From: Tubulanus polymorphus
Taxonomy: Eukaryota; Animalia; Nemertea
Direction of reading: 5' to 3'
DNA: 64,000 nt
NCBI RefSeq assembly: GCF_964204645.1
Contig: NC_134026.1
Location: forward strand, 30,600,150-30,664,149
Positions 1-13,385 of the stretch are shown in pieces. The notes under the pieces were generated by a model. That model saw only the letters and a program-made list of their open reading frames with translations, ran no database searches and was not told the DNA's origin. Position 1 is the stretch's first letter, and every line of letters starts with the position of its first letter. Both the position numbers and the translations under genes were made by a program.

Positions 1-257
1 CTCCAGAATAAAGTTTATCCATTCCTACACACTGAAACGATGTTTCTAAACATTATATGAGTCACTTATCTCTGATTAAACTTGAGTGAAAGAAGACCTT
101 TTCTAGTGGTCATTCAATAATGTTTATAACGGAATGAAATGGGATGTTACCGTTTGACGCCTTTTTAGGATTCTCAAAATTGTCACCGAGTCTTTGCATC
201 CAACGTCCAATTGAAAGACATTAGTATAGATTGTCCAGTTAATTCACTATTAATTAA

Positions 258-408
258 CACAGCGGAACCTCGTTATAACTAACGATCCACAGAATACGTA
301 GAATTTTGTCCAAATAAAACGATCTCAACGAGCTATTATTGTTATACTGGTTATAACGAATTTTCAGGTCCCGTGAAGTTCGTTTGTGTTAAGTGAGGTT
401 CCAGTGTA
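258..408. mobile_element. Tc1/mariner-type MITE (CAGTG/CAGCG-GAACCTC termini)
   Basis: Terminal inverted repeats acagcggaacctc ... gaggttccagtgta. Relatives at ~30345-30490 and 48939-49466. Confidence 0.55.
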
Positions 409-1625
409 GAAAGTCGAACTCGGTCCGAACGAAATCCGATTCAATTTATAAGAATTAACGAGAATATAACATTAAAAAGAAATTTATTATTCGCGAGTAT
501 CAACAAACATAATAAACGATTTTTACATTATAAAGTCTAGAGAAAACCAGTTTTATTACTTCAGTCTAAAACCGGATAACGCGAGAGAGGCATTTCCTGG
601 AATCTGTTCGCGTATAGAATTAGGGTGGGAGGTCTGGTGATCGCTCGCTCGCTCGCTCGCTCGCTCGGCATACATCCAATGTGTCACCAGAACCGTCCTT
701 TATTTTTGATTAATAATCCAATGAAACAAATAAACAAAATAATTTTACGAAGAAACGTTCGATACTATAGTAGTGTTAATCAACTCGTTCGAAATCACGT
801 ATCTATTACGTCAGTGTCACTGTGACGTCACAGATCGCTAATGATGTTTACTACACGAGAATCCAACCAGTCGCGATAGAAATGTCACCTTTGCCGCTTC
901 CTATTAGTACACAGCGATAAACACTATGTTTACGATGAGAGATAACCTTCACGTAGCGATATTTCCTCCCGAAAATTCCATCGAAAAACAACAGTTCCAA
1001 CGAGCTTCCGACGTACGTCCAACGACTGTCGGTGTCAGTAGTTGTAAGTTCTGGGTTCTAGGAACCACTAAAATGTGTTGATGTTCTGTTTATCTGCGGA
1101 AAACAAACTCGGCTGTTTATCGTTTCCGTTTCGTAGTAATCTCTCACATCACACACACCAGAGAGCCGACTTGTAAATATATATGTAAAATGCGTATCTG
1201 GCGTTTGACAACTGTAACAGGAAAATTAAATCATGTTTAATTAACATCCTTATAAACAATCATTATTTTTATCGATATTAGAAATGATTATATGTGTTCA
1301 GGCTCGAGTTGCTCAAAGTTAAGCTGATTAAATTACTGATAAATGACAATTAAAACATCATTGCTACCACTTTGTAAATCCGACATTGAACAACCGATGC
1401 CTGGAGGTTTAACTTCAACTGATGCTTACCCTTTATAAAGACTGTACAAGGCGCATAGTATTATGAATATATTTTAAGTCGAGACCCGAATTTATTTAGC
1501 CATCCATCGGCTCATCTCTGTCTGACTCCAGTACTGTATCTCTGGAGTTACCAGTCGTCAAGATGACGGGTCATCAAACCATCTTCTCATAGATTAAATG
1601 CCATAAAAAATCTAGAAATATCTGT

Positions 1626-2848
1626 TCAGACGGTTAATGGGATCATTGGATGCGGATCATCGCAGCATACTTGTTTATAGTAATGCATTACATCCTCATC
1701 AGCATCACTCGTTGCATTCGGGAACTGTAAAACAGAAATATAAACGAAACATTAATTTACAGGATTTAGAGATGTGGATTCGAACCCGATGGTATTGAGA
1801 CTCGGTCGTGGTACTTACGCGAACAGTGATGCAGCTAAAATCTTCAGTTGATAAAGCACGACCTGCGGCGATGTCGTTGTCATTAACTGCTGCTTTTTTG
1901 TCGCCGAGAAGTTTCACCAACTTTTCCGTGCGATCAACCTGCAAAACACGCCAGTTATATTCTATATCAATAAATCGCCTGAAGGCAAATGGTATATCGG
2001 AAAACTGTGATCAAAGTTCGGTCGTTAGAAAATCCGGAAAGTTCCAGAATAATCATATGATTCTTACCTTTATCAATCTGATGTCGTTCTCCCAGCAATA
2101 AGCTTCAATAAGAGTAAAATGAATGTGCATTGTCACATCTTCCAAATCGCTTTCCGGAAGAATGCAAAGCATCACAGAATCTGGGTCGGTCTCCATATGT
2201 TTGGCAGAGTCGTACATTCCATAGATCAATCTGCCCTGATCTCTGGCCTGTAACAACAGGTCGCGTAAAGAATACGATATGTTCATCTTGTTATTGCTAA
2301 AAATATACAAAAAAAACAAATTCTTTAATAACAAATATGAAGAAAATATCCGGAAAATGAGACAAAATGTTCTGATATGAGTGAATATATTCTGCAATGT
2401 TTCTATAACTATTTATATCAGCTTCCAAAAATGGAGATAATACACAATTTCCGTGTAAGATGAATTAAGTAGAAAATTCCAGAATAAATCCAGAAAAGAA
2501 GACGAAATGTATGTTCTGGTTACATGTGAATATTTCATGCTACCTTTCAAAATTATCTAATAATCATCATCGGGCATATCAAGCCAAGAAGGATCTGAGT
2601 GAGTGTTTCGAAATTCGAAAAATTGAGAACTAGTTGTATAGTTATCTTAAACAAAGACCATGGAAACTACCCAAATCTTAAAATGAGCTTAAGGGAAATG
2701 AAAAAAAACCCGATACAATTACGAAATCAGTCACTGCATTCACATAATCAATCATAAAGAAAATAATAAAAACAGTCAAATTTCAGAAAATTAATCCTTA
2801 CTCAGTTTGACAATAATCGTCGCTTTTAAGTCCGATATTGTACGGCAT
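1626..2848 (-). CDS. GADD45: Growth arrest and DNA-damage-inducible protein, GADD45 family (4 coding exons)
   Basis: Exons 2848-2802, 2296-2068, 1938-1819 and 1724-1626 join in frame across GT-AG introns. The peptide includes RLIYGMYDSAKHMETDPDSVMLCILP...DVTMHIHFTLIEAYCWENDIRLIKV and EDFSCI, matching GADD45 family signatures. Confidence 0.93.
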
Positions 2849-2919
2849 TGTTAGCAATAAATCATAATCCAAGAAACAATAAGATCGCGAATTATATAAG
2901 CCGAAAGATCGAAAGCTGT

Positions 2920-3745
2920 TGTTTATATGTCGTTTATAAAGTGACAACTGGTGCTATAATAGCTGAACGTTAAACGTCGCCTGATGACACGTGGTATCCA
3001 CGTTACACGCATGACAAAAAATATCCATGAGTCAGCGTATAACGTAATTACAGCATAGACTGGTTACGCATTATCAGTACTACTGGAAATATACTGGAAA
3101 GCGCGCACCAGTCCATGTGAATCAGCTGTGCAAGTAGTGCTGTCACTCCTGATATCAGCTGATGAACATAATTTATGTCGCCTTGCCACGGGAATTTCCT
3201 GGCACTAGTTTCTCGAGGTTAAAAAATGTCACGTTTTATGATGCAATGTGAAAAACAAGAAGAAAGATTAACAGAATCGATTTGCAGTGCTGCACGGTTA
3301 AGATACCCGTGATTCTGTATTCAATATGACTAAACTATGAGTTTTTAGGTGAAAGTGGAAATTTGCATGATTGCTGTTTACTACAAAAACTCGTTTAGTG
3401 CAAATGCATTTATTACGTAGTCTGCAATTACTGAAACCTGAAATTCTATCAGATTAAAAATTAAGCCATTGAATTGGCAAATTACCAAATGTTATATAAT
3501 GTAATAGCAAAACCTTGCATGCATGCATGATCAGAATTGCATCAGCTGAGATAGATATATCAGAATCGAGCGAGATTAGAATGATAGTGTACTTACTTGT
3601 CAGTTTGTATTATAAATTGGCAATTTTCTCCATCTTCGAACGTCATTTTCAGATTTCATACGATATATTCCAATAAAACCTGTATGTAAAAGTAGTAGTG
3701 GTTTCACTGAGCGTGGTTTGAAACGATATGAGTTGAGTCACGGGA
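2920..3745 (-). promoter_or_regulatory. GADD45 proximal promoter with stress-response motifs
   Basis: TATA-like TATAAA on - at ~2922-2938, CACGTG 2988-2993, ATGAGTCAGC 3027-3036, GGGAATTTCC 3190-3199, TGATGCAAT 3239-3247, ATTTGCAT 3361-3368, TGTTTAC 3375-3381, TGAGTCA 3734-3740. Confidence 0.55.
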
Positions 3746-4359
3746 AACTAGTTGGTTATATAGCCTATGTTAATGGATTCCGCGAACTCATTGAAACGAT
3801 TGGTTGAAAGCGCCGGCCATGTGCTCGATCTACGCGGAACCCGTGCAAACAAAGGATATTATAATTACCACTAGAAAATCAACAATAAACACAAAGAAAA
3901 TGTCACCATGGTTTCGATATAGGGAAGATGTGTCATTATGAAGCTGAAATGCGAGCTCGCTTTGTCTATATGGAGCTGAATTTGCAAATATGAAGCAAAA
4001 TGTTCAGACGCGCTTGAACCAGTGATGAACCTAATTACCCTCGATTGAGGTCGTTCCAGGAAGATTCTTTATAAACGCTTTAGATTTATAGCGGTGCTTC
4101 CGACAAAAGATATCGCCGGAAACCCGGCCCGCATACAGGAAATATCAAAATCTTTGAAGTGAAATAATTCATGAAAATCAAGCAAACTTTAAGAAAAATA
4201 TTTTCAGTGGGTGTCAATAAGGGCCCGCCGTGTACCCGGAAAGCCTTTCATCCCGCGGCGACTGGAGTCTGGTCGCCACGCGCGCTTCTCGTGCATCCTG
4301 ATTCCCGCTAAATAAACTCAGAATAATTCCAAAAAACTTAATCTAGTGTATTTGGATTA

Positions 4360-4500
4360 CCGATATTTAAAAATCAAACCCCCAGTTTCGCTCCTGCGCA
4401 CATGTGTGATGGGTTTGTTAATTAAGGGACACCAAATCATCAAAACAAATCAGAATAGATCAGAACAGATCAACCAATCAAATAAATAACAGGGTCATTG
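4360..4500. repeat. Dispersed repeat, second copy at ~7500-7615
   Basis: Shared blocks ttcgctcc...gtgtg(a/g)tggg and accaatcaaataaataacagggtca. Confidence 0.6.
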
Positions 4501-7500
4501 CAAATAATATGAAATAATCATAATTTTTTTTTCAACATTGGAGCATCTGAAATCGAGGTACTTTTATGATTTTGATCACCACCCACTTGATTGAAGGCCC
4601 AATTCGAAATAGTGGTGACGAATTCCAAGAGTTGCATAACTTGAGTCTTTTGCTTAATGGGCTATTCAACTACAGATGGTCTTGAATCTCTGAACCGTGA
4701 CTGTGAAACTTGTCCCATCGTGCCCTGGTGCGATGCTCTCTGCTTTACAATAATCAGGGTCGGAGATGGGTCCCAGCGGCTTGTGCCAGATAACGCAGAA
4801 TCCGGTGAAACTCATCCTGTTCACTAGAAATATATAGATGTAAACATTCACACGTGTCTCCAGCAATCATCTCGAGATAATGACTCCGGTTAAAATCAAC
4901 TGCTGGATTTTTTTTATACATTTTTTTTTTGATTATATGAAGATGCATTTAATGCGCATTAATAAATCTATTGTACATCAAGGGTCTGCGCGGTGAATTG
5001 CCTGGATTAAGCTGCCTGCAAACTCATGACTATAGCGATATATTGTATCCAAACGTCATTGAGTAAAAGTCCGCATTATTTTTACCAGGGGTCTATATAT
5101 TGTTGTACCGTACTCTTTGAGCGCTGCACTGACAGGTACAACCTCGAAGGTCGGGTAAAATTTGCACTTTGGACTTTTAGTGTAACCTCGGAATTACGAC
5201 GGTACTTTTAGTAGTAATTCCAGGCACATTGAACTTCAGAACTTGGCTCGTGGCCTCCGTCAGTGCTGCTGCATTGGATCGGCTAGAACCGACTTTACAC
5301 GGCCGAGGTGACAAGTTTATTGTGGATCTACCGTAAACATATCATAACGAGTATCTATTTCTGGTGACCAAAGAAAAAGACATCCAACGCGCTGGACCCA
5401 GTTTATGCTACGGCGCGCAAACAAGACGTGTTTCATACATAAGCACGAAAAGTTACCTCAACGACTCGATTGCAATGAACGGTTACGCAGGACCTTCTAG
5501 TATTTGAATTTCTTTTTTGGGGGATCCCTAAAAGGGGCAGTTACATATAACGATGATATTTGCAAAAAGGCCACTTTTCCAAAATATTTGGGGGCGGGGA
5601 GGGGAACTGAACCTTCGGTACCGAGTCGCCATCAGGTTCGAACCGCTGCCGAGGTGTCCCAACCACACGGGACCCGCTACTCACTGCTCGAGTTGAGGCG
5701 TTAGTGTAGGAGGCGGCCCAACCTGAACAACAGAATGAAATGCACGCAATATTGACATACACTCCTAATATGTGCGACGATCGAAATTCCTAAATACCTC
5801 CCGCGCGCCATCGCCCACTCGTTAAATAATTATATGTATCAACGACAATATAGCGTATAAACACTTTCGGCGCCTTTTTGTAGTTTTGGAATCAATTATT
5901 TAAATGTGTGTAAATCATTCAGGTGAACAATCGTGTCCATTATTTGAAAGAGAATAAATCGCGGAAGATGTTTCGACACCTCTGACACCAGGTTCACGCG
6001 GAGGAGCAACACATTTTAAGTGTGAAAATGTTATAAACAATAGGTCGCATATGTTGTGTCCATACTACGGATGACAGATTAGATATTTGAAAATACAAAA
6101 CATTATTTTCCATTAAAATTTAAGTTCATTTTAGTAATTTCGAGGAATTGATTGTAATGATTATCGCCAGATGTTTTCGTAATAAGATTTTCACAGTCGC
6201 CGCGAGAAGAGATCCAGGCGTCATCGCTATCGATTATTCATCGATTGTTTCCCGCGAAACGATGAGTCGGAACCGATCGGGTCCAGATACGGCAGTTTAC
6301 CTGGGATTCCGGCGTTTACCACGAGATGATTCATGGCCAGCAGTGATACAGCAACAGGTAGCAGTAGCAGGTCTGAAGCTGCTGCAACTGAGTCAAGGCG
6401 TGTATTACTGATGACTCAACACGGATGAGTAGCGCGGTTCAACTCAAACAATGGAACAGACGGGTGGAGTGAGAGGGATTGTGATTCAGACCTACGTCAC
6501 GCGTCGTTTATTGAAAAGACCAGGCCTCGTATGATCGTACGAGACCCCTCCCCAAAGCGACCCGATATTTTTCTCCGTTTCTGCCCAGGTACGAGCGCAG
6601 ACTTCTCAACAAGCAACAGGTCGAAATAGCAGGACTTTCTTTAATCGCGCACCCGGTAAAACATATATAGATAGTTTAATTCCTAACATTTTTGTAACGC
6701 CCAACTGTAGAATATGCATTCCTAGATATTTGAATGTTCGCATTCAACCCGGTAAGAGAAATAGAAAGCGGATTAGTCACTGCTGTTTCGGCAAGACAGA
6801 GGCCGCACACCAAAAAACTAAACACTACGATTGATAGTATATCGATGACATCATCATCATCGTTATGAGAAATGCCATATATGGTCAAAAGGATAATTTA
6901 GCAGAGATAGTGGCAATAACATAGTCATCATTGACGGTGCTGTGTCAGAACGAGCTCGTTCTTTGTCACTTTATCTCAAAATTGTTAAAAATAAACATTT
7001 GATAAGTTGCACAGTCCAAAAGTGATCTTAAATCTTAAGACTGGTCTCAATCGATTAGAGTACTAAAATAGTTTTGATTGGTCTTAGATCTTAGCCATGA
7101 CTATCATGCAACAGGTCCCTTGTGATTAATTTCCCAATTATGTACTTCGATTAACAAACAATTCTGTCAATTCGACCGCTGATCACACAACTATATCTGT
7201 ACCGGTACTGAGGTTGATTTCGGTGGGCCGTTATGTAAGATAGTTAATCCATGCCAGATGCTGGCCATAGTAACTGACCCCTGGGTGGCCAAGAACAGGG
7301 ACTGTGACCTATTTTTAGTTTGATTTAGTGTAGTACAGAATCGATATCATCAGTTAGCATCAAGAAACCAACGTGTTCGGACTTGTTACTCTCTCAGGCT
7401 CCCAGTCTTGTCTCAGCCTTTAGCCGTCCCTGGTCAACAGTTACTGCGACCCACAAACGCTGGTTATAAGTTACCACAATTAACTTCAGGTACTTCGATT

Positions 7501-7797
7501 TCCGATTTCGAATAAAACCCCCTGATTCGCTCCCGGCAGGTGTGGTGGGTCTGTAAGGGTCACTCAATCAAAAATCAAACGAAATCTACCAATCAAATAA
7601 ATAACAGGGTCAATCCCAATGTTAAGATAGAAAATAGTTCACTAATCTGATAGTTCCGTATTCAGAATCACCACGACTAACATCTGAAAAGTGTCAGCAG
7701 CGACGAAACTTTTCCGGCAAACGGTTCGACACATTGTTTAAACAGAACCTATTGCTGAATTCATTATATCAGTGTATCGCTGATATCATCATATATA

Positions 7798-8065
7798 CAT
7801 ATATTTGTTGTTGTATTTCAGGTGGAGCATATTAGTTTTGCTCAGTTATTGGATTGGTTTGTGATAGTGTCTCTGGCAGCTATCTGGGCTCTGATTCCTA
7901 GTGACAGTATCGCGTTTATAGCTCAATGGATTTATGAAAAATCCATAAAGTTTATGAAAAACTTGTCAAGGTAATTAATATTTAGGTCTTACATAGATAG
8001 ATCCAGTTCAACAATTGTCCATTAAAATTTTACTGTAGCATTTTAAAACATTTGACCCAGTTCCA
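7798..8065 (+). pseudogene. Orphan duplicate of OMA1 exon 5 with flanking intron sequence
   Basis: Near-identical to 10810-11056. The exon copy (7822-7970) carries a 20-nt insertion that shifts the frame. GATATCATCA is duplicated at 7782-7791 and 8066-8075. Confidence 0.9.
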
Positions 8066-8744
8066 GATATCATCAGCGATACACGCTACATTTCATTCCC
8101 CGCATCTAAATGATCCGCAGGGAATCCGACTCCCGCCCTCTAGTTGACTTAAGCGTCTATAACCCGGAAATTGATTTGAAATAGACACCTGAAATCCTTC
8201 GAAGTTTCCTCCCAAACGAAACGCAAATTAATCTGAGAAAAGCGTAACAAACTGAGAATTATAATCTCCGGTTGTAGTGGATGTTCTTGGAATTTGTCGT
8301 TATCGTAGACACAGCCCCGGACATACGCGGCATTCTAAATATAATATACCGCTGATATTTTGTAAGAAAAATTAAAAATAGTTATTACCATTGTGAATAT
8401 AGATATAATACACAGATGATTATAAATAACTGTGCTTATAAAATCAATACTGGGTCTTCTTAAACTAATCCGTTTCTGCTAAAGGGTCCCGCTTTTATTT
8501 CGTCAATTATTATCAAAACTAACATATCAACTGACAAAGCTCTTTGTTCTATCTGAACTCGTTAGAACAGCGACACGTTGTAGCAATCAATATATTTCCT
8601 GGAATATCGGCTATCTTCTATTGTTGTCTGGTCGTTACCACTGTATCAATTTGAACTTAGAATTAATCCAACAAAAAAATTAGAGTCGATATCGTAATTC
8701 TATGAAAAAAGGAAACTTGAAAACCTCGCCAGAGAAAAAATGAC

Positions 8745-8817
8745 TGCCGAAACCCGGGATCGAACCAGGGACCTTTAGATCTTCAGTCTAACGCTCTCCC
8801 AACTGAGCTATTTCGGC
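8745..8817 (-). tRNA. trnF-GAA: tRNA-Phe (anticodon GAA)
   Basis: Reverse complement GCCGAAATAGCTCAGTTGGGAGAGCGTTAGACTGAAGATCTAAAGGTCCCTGGTTCGATCCCGGGTTTCGGCA is the canonical metazoan tRNA-Phe. A T6 Pol III terminator follows at 8735-8740. Confidence 0.98.
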
Positions 8818-9143
8818 CAGCTAGAGATACGTGTTTACAGCTAATCTTTGTAAATTGTGATCGCTTCTTACTTTATTTCGCCCTCGGCATGCTTCTACGA
8901 TGACTGTTTTATACAGCTGTTTTCAAATTTAGAGCTCAGAAAATGTATAAAGAGTGTCAGAAGAGCGAGTAAACATAAAAAGAGTTTTCATTAATTAGTT
9001 GCTATATTACACGTGCGAGGACGCCACGTTCTGGTCGCGTAAATTCAATTCAATGCTTATTTTTTTATTTGTACCATGTCTCTACCTAAGATCGTTTACC
9101 GATGGTGATAACCCACTGTCTGTTCTAGATCTCGATTAAAAGA

Positions 9144-12049
9144 ATGTATCTTCAATCTAACTGTGCAAAATTGTGTTTTGCTAGCCGTATTCTTATAACA
9201 AGCCATCTACAGAAGTTGATAAGCAATCATAATGCAGCTCATATTCCTCTCAATATCAATAACAGAAAACTGCTGAAAATAGGAACTCGGACTAAAATTT
9301 GGGATTCTACTCCTCAACAGCAGCAACTGCAGGCTCTCTGTGGATATAGAACATTTCACACAACTTCAACACGAAATATTGCTCCTTTTTTATGGCTATT
9401 TGTGAAACCCTTTGCAAAATTAAGTGCGATTCTAGCCGGAAGGTATACGTGCCATATTAAATCCAATAATCCAAAGGCCAAAAGCATTTTTTCTGAAAGA
9501 TTTTGATAATTTTCTTTAATTTACAGGGGTGCTCGAGGTTGGTGGCAGGATTTACCTAAAGATAAACAGAGTCGTTTTCAAAAGATCCTAAGAGAACTGA
9601 GTCCGTACGTACTGGGCGCGATCGGAGTATTCGCCAGTTTATTCGGTATAAATTACTGGATTCACATCGAAACAGCTCCGATCACCGGCAGACGCAGATT
9701 CATGGCTTTTACTAAACAACAATATCAACAAATAGTGCAACTAGAACTAGAAAATGTAAGCTATGTCAGTTTCTGCCATACATTGCATTTTTGGATTTAA
9801 TGAGCTCTGGGCCTTAGATCTTGCAGGACTGATAAAATGCTCTCTCCAATTCCAGTCAGAGCAACAATTTGAAACAGATATCCAGGCAGTATCCTGGTAA
9901 CCGGCGGTTACTAGATTTTTTGTAAAAACCTGAAATGAAACTATCCGGACAGGATACAAGAAATGCTTGATTTCACCATAAGAAGATGTTTCATTTAATC
10001 CTGCTTGTGATTTCTCGACAAGAAACTTTAATCAAAAGCAAAGTGAAAAATCATCCAATTCTGACCCGGCGGAGGATTTCGTTCGCGAGAAGATTCCCTC
10101 TAGAATCGTATCAATTGAGCTATTAATTATATTGTAGCATTTGGAGACTCACAAGGAGCACATGTTACCGGTAAACCATCCAGATACGGTGAAAGTCGTC
10201 GGTATTTGTAAGCGTTTGTATGCGGCAAATCGAGACTGGATTAAATTCACAGACGGCGGCAAATTTCATGTTGTTGTAGTAGATGAACCTGATAATGTGA
10301 ACGCGTTTGTTTTACCGGTATGTCGCAATTTTATTCAACCCGGTTCTACAGTTCTCTGGAAATGTCCGTGCTTGTCATCCTTGACGGGTCTGGTGGGAAA
10401 TCAATCAAATAAAAAGAGGGAAAATCATCCTATAGAAAACATCGGAAATGAATGGATTCAACCTTTACCAACTTACTCTTACTCTTACCTGACTGACTGT
10501 TTGTTTGTTTGTTTCAGTCGGGACATATTTTCGTATTTACCGGATTGTTAAAAGCCGCAAAAAACAACGATCAACTGGCTATGATTATCGGTCATGAGAT
10601 GTCACACGCTATCATGTCACACGGAGTAAGTTTACCGACACAGATTATAATACATTTCGTACTCCGATAAGTCGCAATGTTACTGAAAAGTCTGAATTAA
10701 CAAATTCCAATTTACTAAGTGTAAATCATCAGATTGCCAGATCCTTGTAATGACAACTTCAGATGTTCTCTGTAAATTGATGCAGTTCATTTAGGTCATC
10801 TTGATGACGATATATTTGTTGTTGTATTTCAGGTGGAGCATATTAGTTTTGCTCAGTTATTAGATTGGTTTGTGATAGTGTCTCTGGCAGCTATCTGGGC
10901 TCTGATTCCTAGTGACAGTATCGCGTTCATAGCTCAATGGATTTATCAAAAACTTGTCAAGGTAATTTATATTTAGGTCTTACATAGATAGATCCAGTTC
11001 AACAATTGTCCATTAAAATTTTACTGTAGCATTTTAAAACATTTGACCCAGTTCCACGTTTGAATCTATGGTCAACTAAATGAAAACGAACTCATTTGAG
11101 TTGAGAGTTTAATGAAAAACTGTGGAACTGGTCTGATAAATTTATAAACTTATTCTAACTCTAGAAACGGCGGAATTAGATGTCAATTCAGAATGTCTGT
11201 TTTTTTATGGTTTTCCACTTTCCTTCTCTATTCTGAAGAGCCTTCAATGATTGCCTGACTCTTGTTTGGTGTTTCAGTATGCGTTAGAAATGCCGTACAG
11301 TCGAGCTATTGAAGTAGAAGCCGATGAAGTTGGATTACAAATGGCGGCCAAGGTTAGTTATCACAAAAATACAACTTTCATCATTTTCGCTTCCCAAACT
11401 CTTGGGGCCGGTTCCATAGTCATGACTTAGACTTAAGACCAGTCTAAGACTCTTTTAGTTATATAGCTAATCTAACAGCTTAAGACCAGTCTTAAGATTT
11501 AAGACCACTTTTGGACTTAAGTCACGACTATGGAACCGGCCCCAGATGATTAGTGTCTATATTTGTAGGCGTGTTTTGATGTACGCGAAGCTCCCGTATT
11601 CTGGACTATGTTAGATTTGTATACCGAATTACATGAAGAGAATCCTGTAAAGATTCCCGAATGGCTATCGACTCATCCTTCACATGAAAATAGATCAGAA
11701 ACTTTAGACGAATTTATACCAAAGGTAAATTCAGTCTAAATAGCATAAAATAGATCGAAATAAACATCTTGGCCGTTTGCTCCAGAGTTTGTTAGAGCTA
11801 CCCTACGAATGTGTCTCAATTCCTATTTGCCTGCATTTTATATAGCAGAATTTGCTGTTATTTCAGATGTTGAAACTAAGGGAGTCGTGTAAATGCAGTT
11901 CATTACCCGGGAAAGATCCACGAGATGAAATCAAACAATTAAAACATTATTTAAAATCGATGAAAACGAAACCGATGTTTGAAAATACTGTGATTCTGAA
12001 TCCGAACGTAGTTTCAGCTAAAATCATTGATTCCTCAACAAATAAATGA
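9144..12049 (+). CDS. OMA1: Mitochondrial inner-membrane metalloendopeptidase OMA1 (peptidase M48), 8 coding exons
   Basis: Exons 9144-9442, 9527-9755, 10138-10317, 10518-10625, 10833-10961, 11278-11352, 11569-11724, 11867-12049. Motifs HIETAPITGRRRF, NAFVLP-SGHIFVFTGLL, HEMSH (HExxH), PYSRAIEVEADEVG, WLSTHPSH. The basic N-terminus resembles a presequence. Confidence 0.95.
11404..11543. mobile_element. PIF/Harbinger-like MITE, 140 bp, in an OMA1 intron
   Basis: TIR ggggccggttccatagtc(a/g)tgactta. Identical copy at 24804-24943. Confidence 0.8.
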
Positions 12050-12676
12050 CAATTGTTTTATAGTAAAACTATTTCTATAGATAATGTATAATTATCGATT
12101 ATTGATTATATTATTGAATATATTTTAACCGTGATGTTTTATTTCTGTGTATTTCTTTTCGATATTTCATCCTCTTCAACGATTTGTACACAGGGAGAAA
12201 ATGACCAGTTCTCTCTCTCGCGTCTGAACCAGTGTTTGAATACCAGACTCGTGCTCCTGTCAATCCGCTGTCTGTGCCTTGCACCCCTCGGAAAGTCTGC
12301 TGTCTCTTCCTATGCTATCCCTCGGACAATCTGTAGTCAGTGCCCTGACTCGGACAATCTGCATTATGTCACCCTGAGAAAAATGACACTTATGCGACTA
12401 CACAAACTGATTATGAACACTTCACCAGGTCCTGTCTGGAACTCAGGTAATTCTATGTGACAGTAAAATACAACACTTTTTATCTGACCCCACAGACAGA
12501 TATTTCATTGTCCTGCATGAAAACTCAGTCCAGACTTCACAAATGAAGTGGTGATTGTCTACATTACACCTACAGTCAGTAAGTAAAGCTGAAACAATGA
12601 GGTTTGATTTTGATTTGAATTGTATATTTATAGTAACTACAAGCAGCTCACGTTTCCACAATTCATGCTTTTTACA

Positions 12677-12677
<1 letters not shown>

Positions 12678-12710
<33 letters not shown>
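12678..12710. repeat. (AAT)n microsatellite
   Basis: Visible directly in the sequence. Confidence 0.9.
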
Positions 12711-13385
12711 CGGTAATAAATATCTTACAAGGTTCATATACATAATCATATACAAACAGGCTTTCTTTTAAATGATTTTTTCTTTTTACAAATTTTCATT
12801 AAATGCAATTTCTTTTTTCAACAATCGATAGACTGTACAGAACAACTGGGTAAACCTACGCTACACATTATAAACATGTACAGTTATTGAAAGTCTTGAA
12901 ACTTTCAAAACGAAATGAAAGTTTTCAGGAATTACATGATTGTTTCTTATCATCAGGGATGTCCAACAAACACTTTCCTGATATCAGTTAAGTAGATGAG
13001 GATCTAAACTAAACACATGACCCTGAATTTGATCTGACCTCTCAAGAGGCTAATTCATCTCCGGTTCTGGTTTTATAGACCGGTTGTAACTCAAACCAAG
13101 GTTTTAAAGACTGGTATTATATCTGACCTGGAAGCTAACTGAATTCATTTCCAATTGAGTTAGTCCCTGGGTTAAAGATAATACCAGCTATTAAAACCGG
13201 GCCCAGGGTTTAGAAAACTCATAGTCGATAGCATAATCATACAGGATAAAATTAAAACTGATCTATAAAACCAGCCCCTGGAGTCTCATTATACAGGGGT
13301 GGGTGGATCTAGGGTTATTGGAAGGTGGGGTCCATTAGACAAAAAATATCAATCAAATAGCAGAGAGAATCTTGAGACGAAATAG

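Noticed and set aside
1725-2801. p53 response element in GADD45 introns, as in human GADD45A
   Set aside because: No paired RRRCWWGYYY half-sites were seen.
4205-4310. GC-rich hairpin region tested as an HDV-like ribozyme
   Set aside because: A nested double pseudoknot could not be built; the candidate L3 loop is too short.
5655-5690. ccaaccacacggg resembles the 3' part of human RNase MRP RNA
   Set aside because: No upstream GAAAGTCCCC-type CR-I partner or P4 pairing; adjacent sequence belongs to the tRNA-like TIR family.
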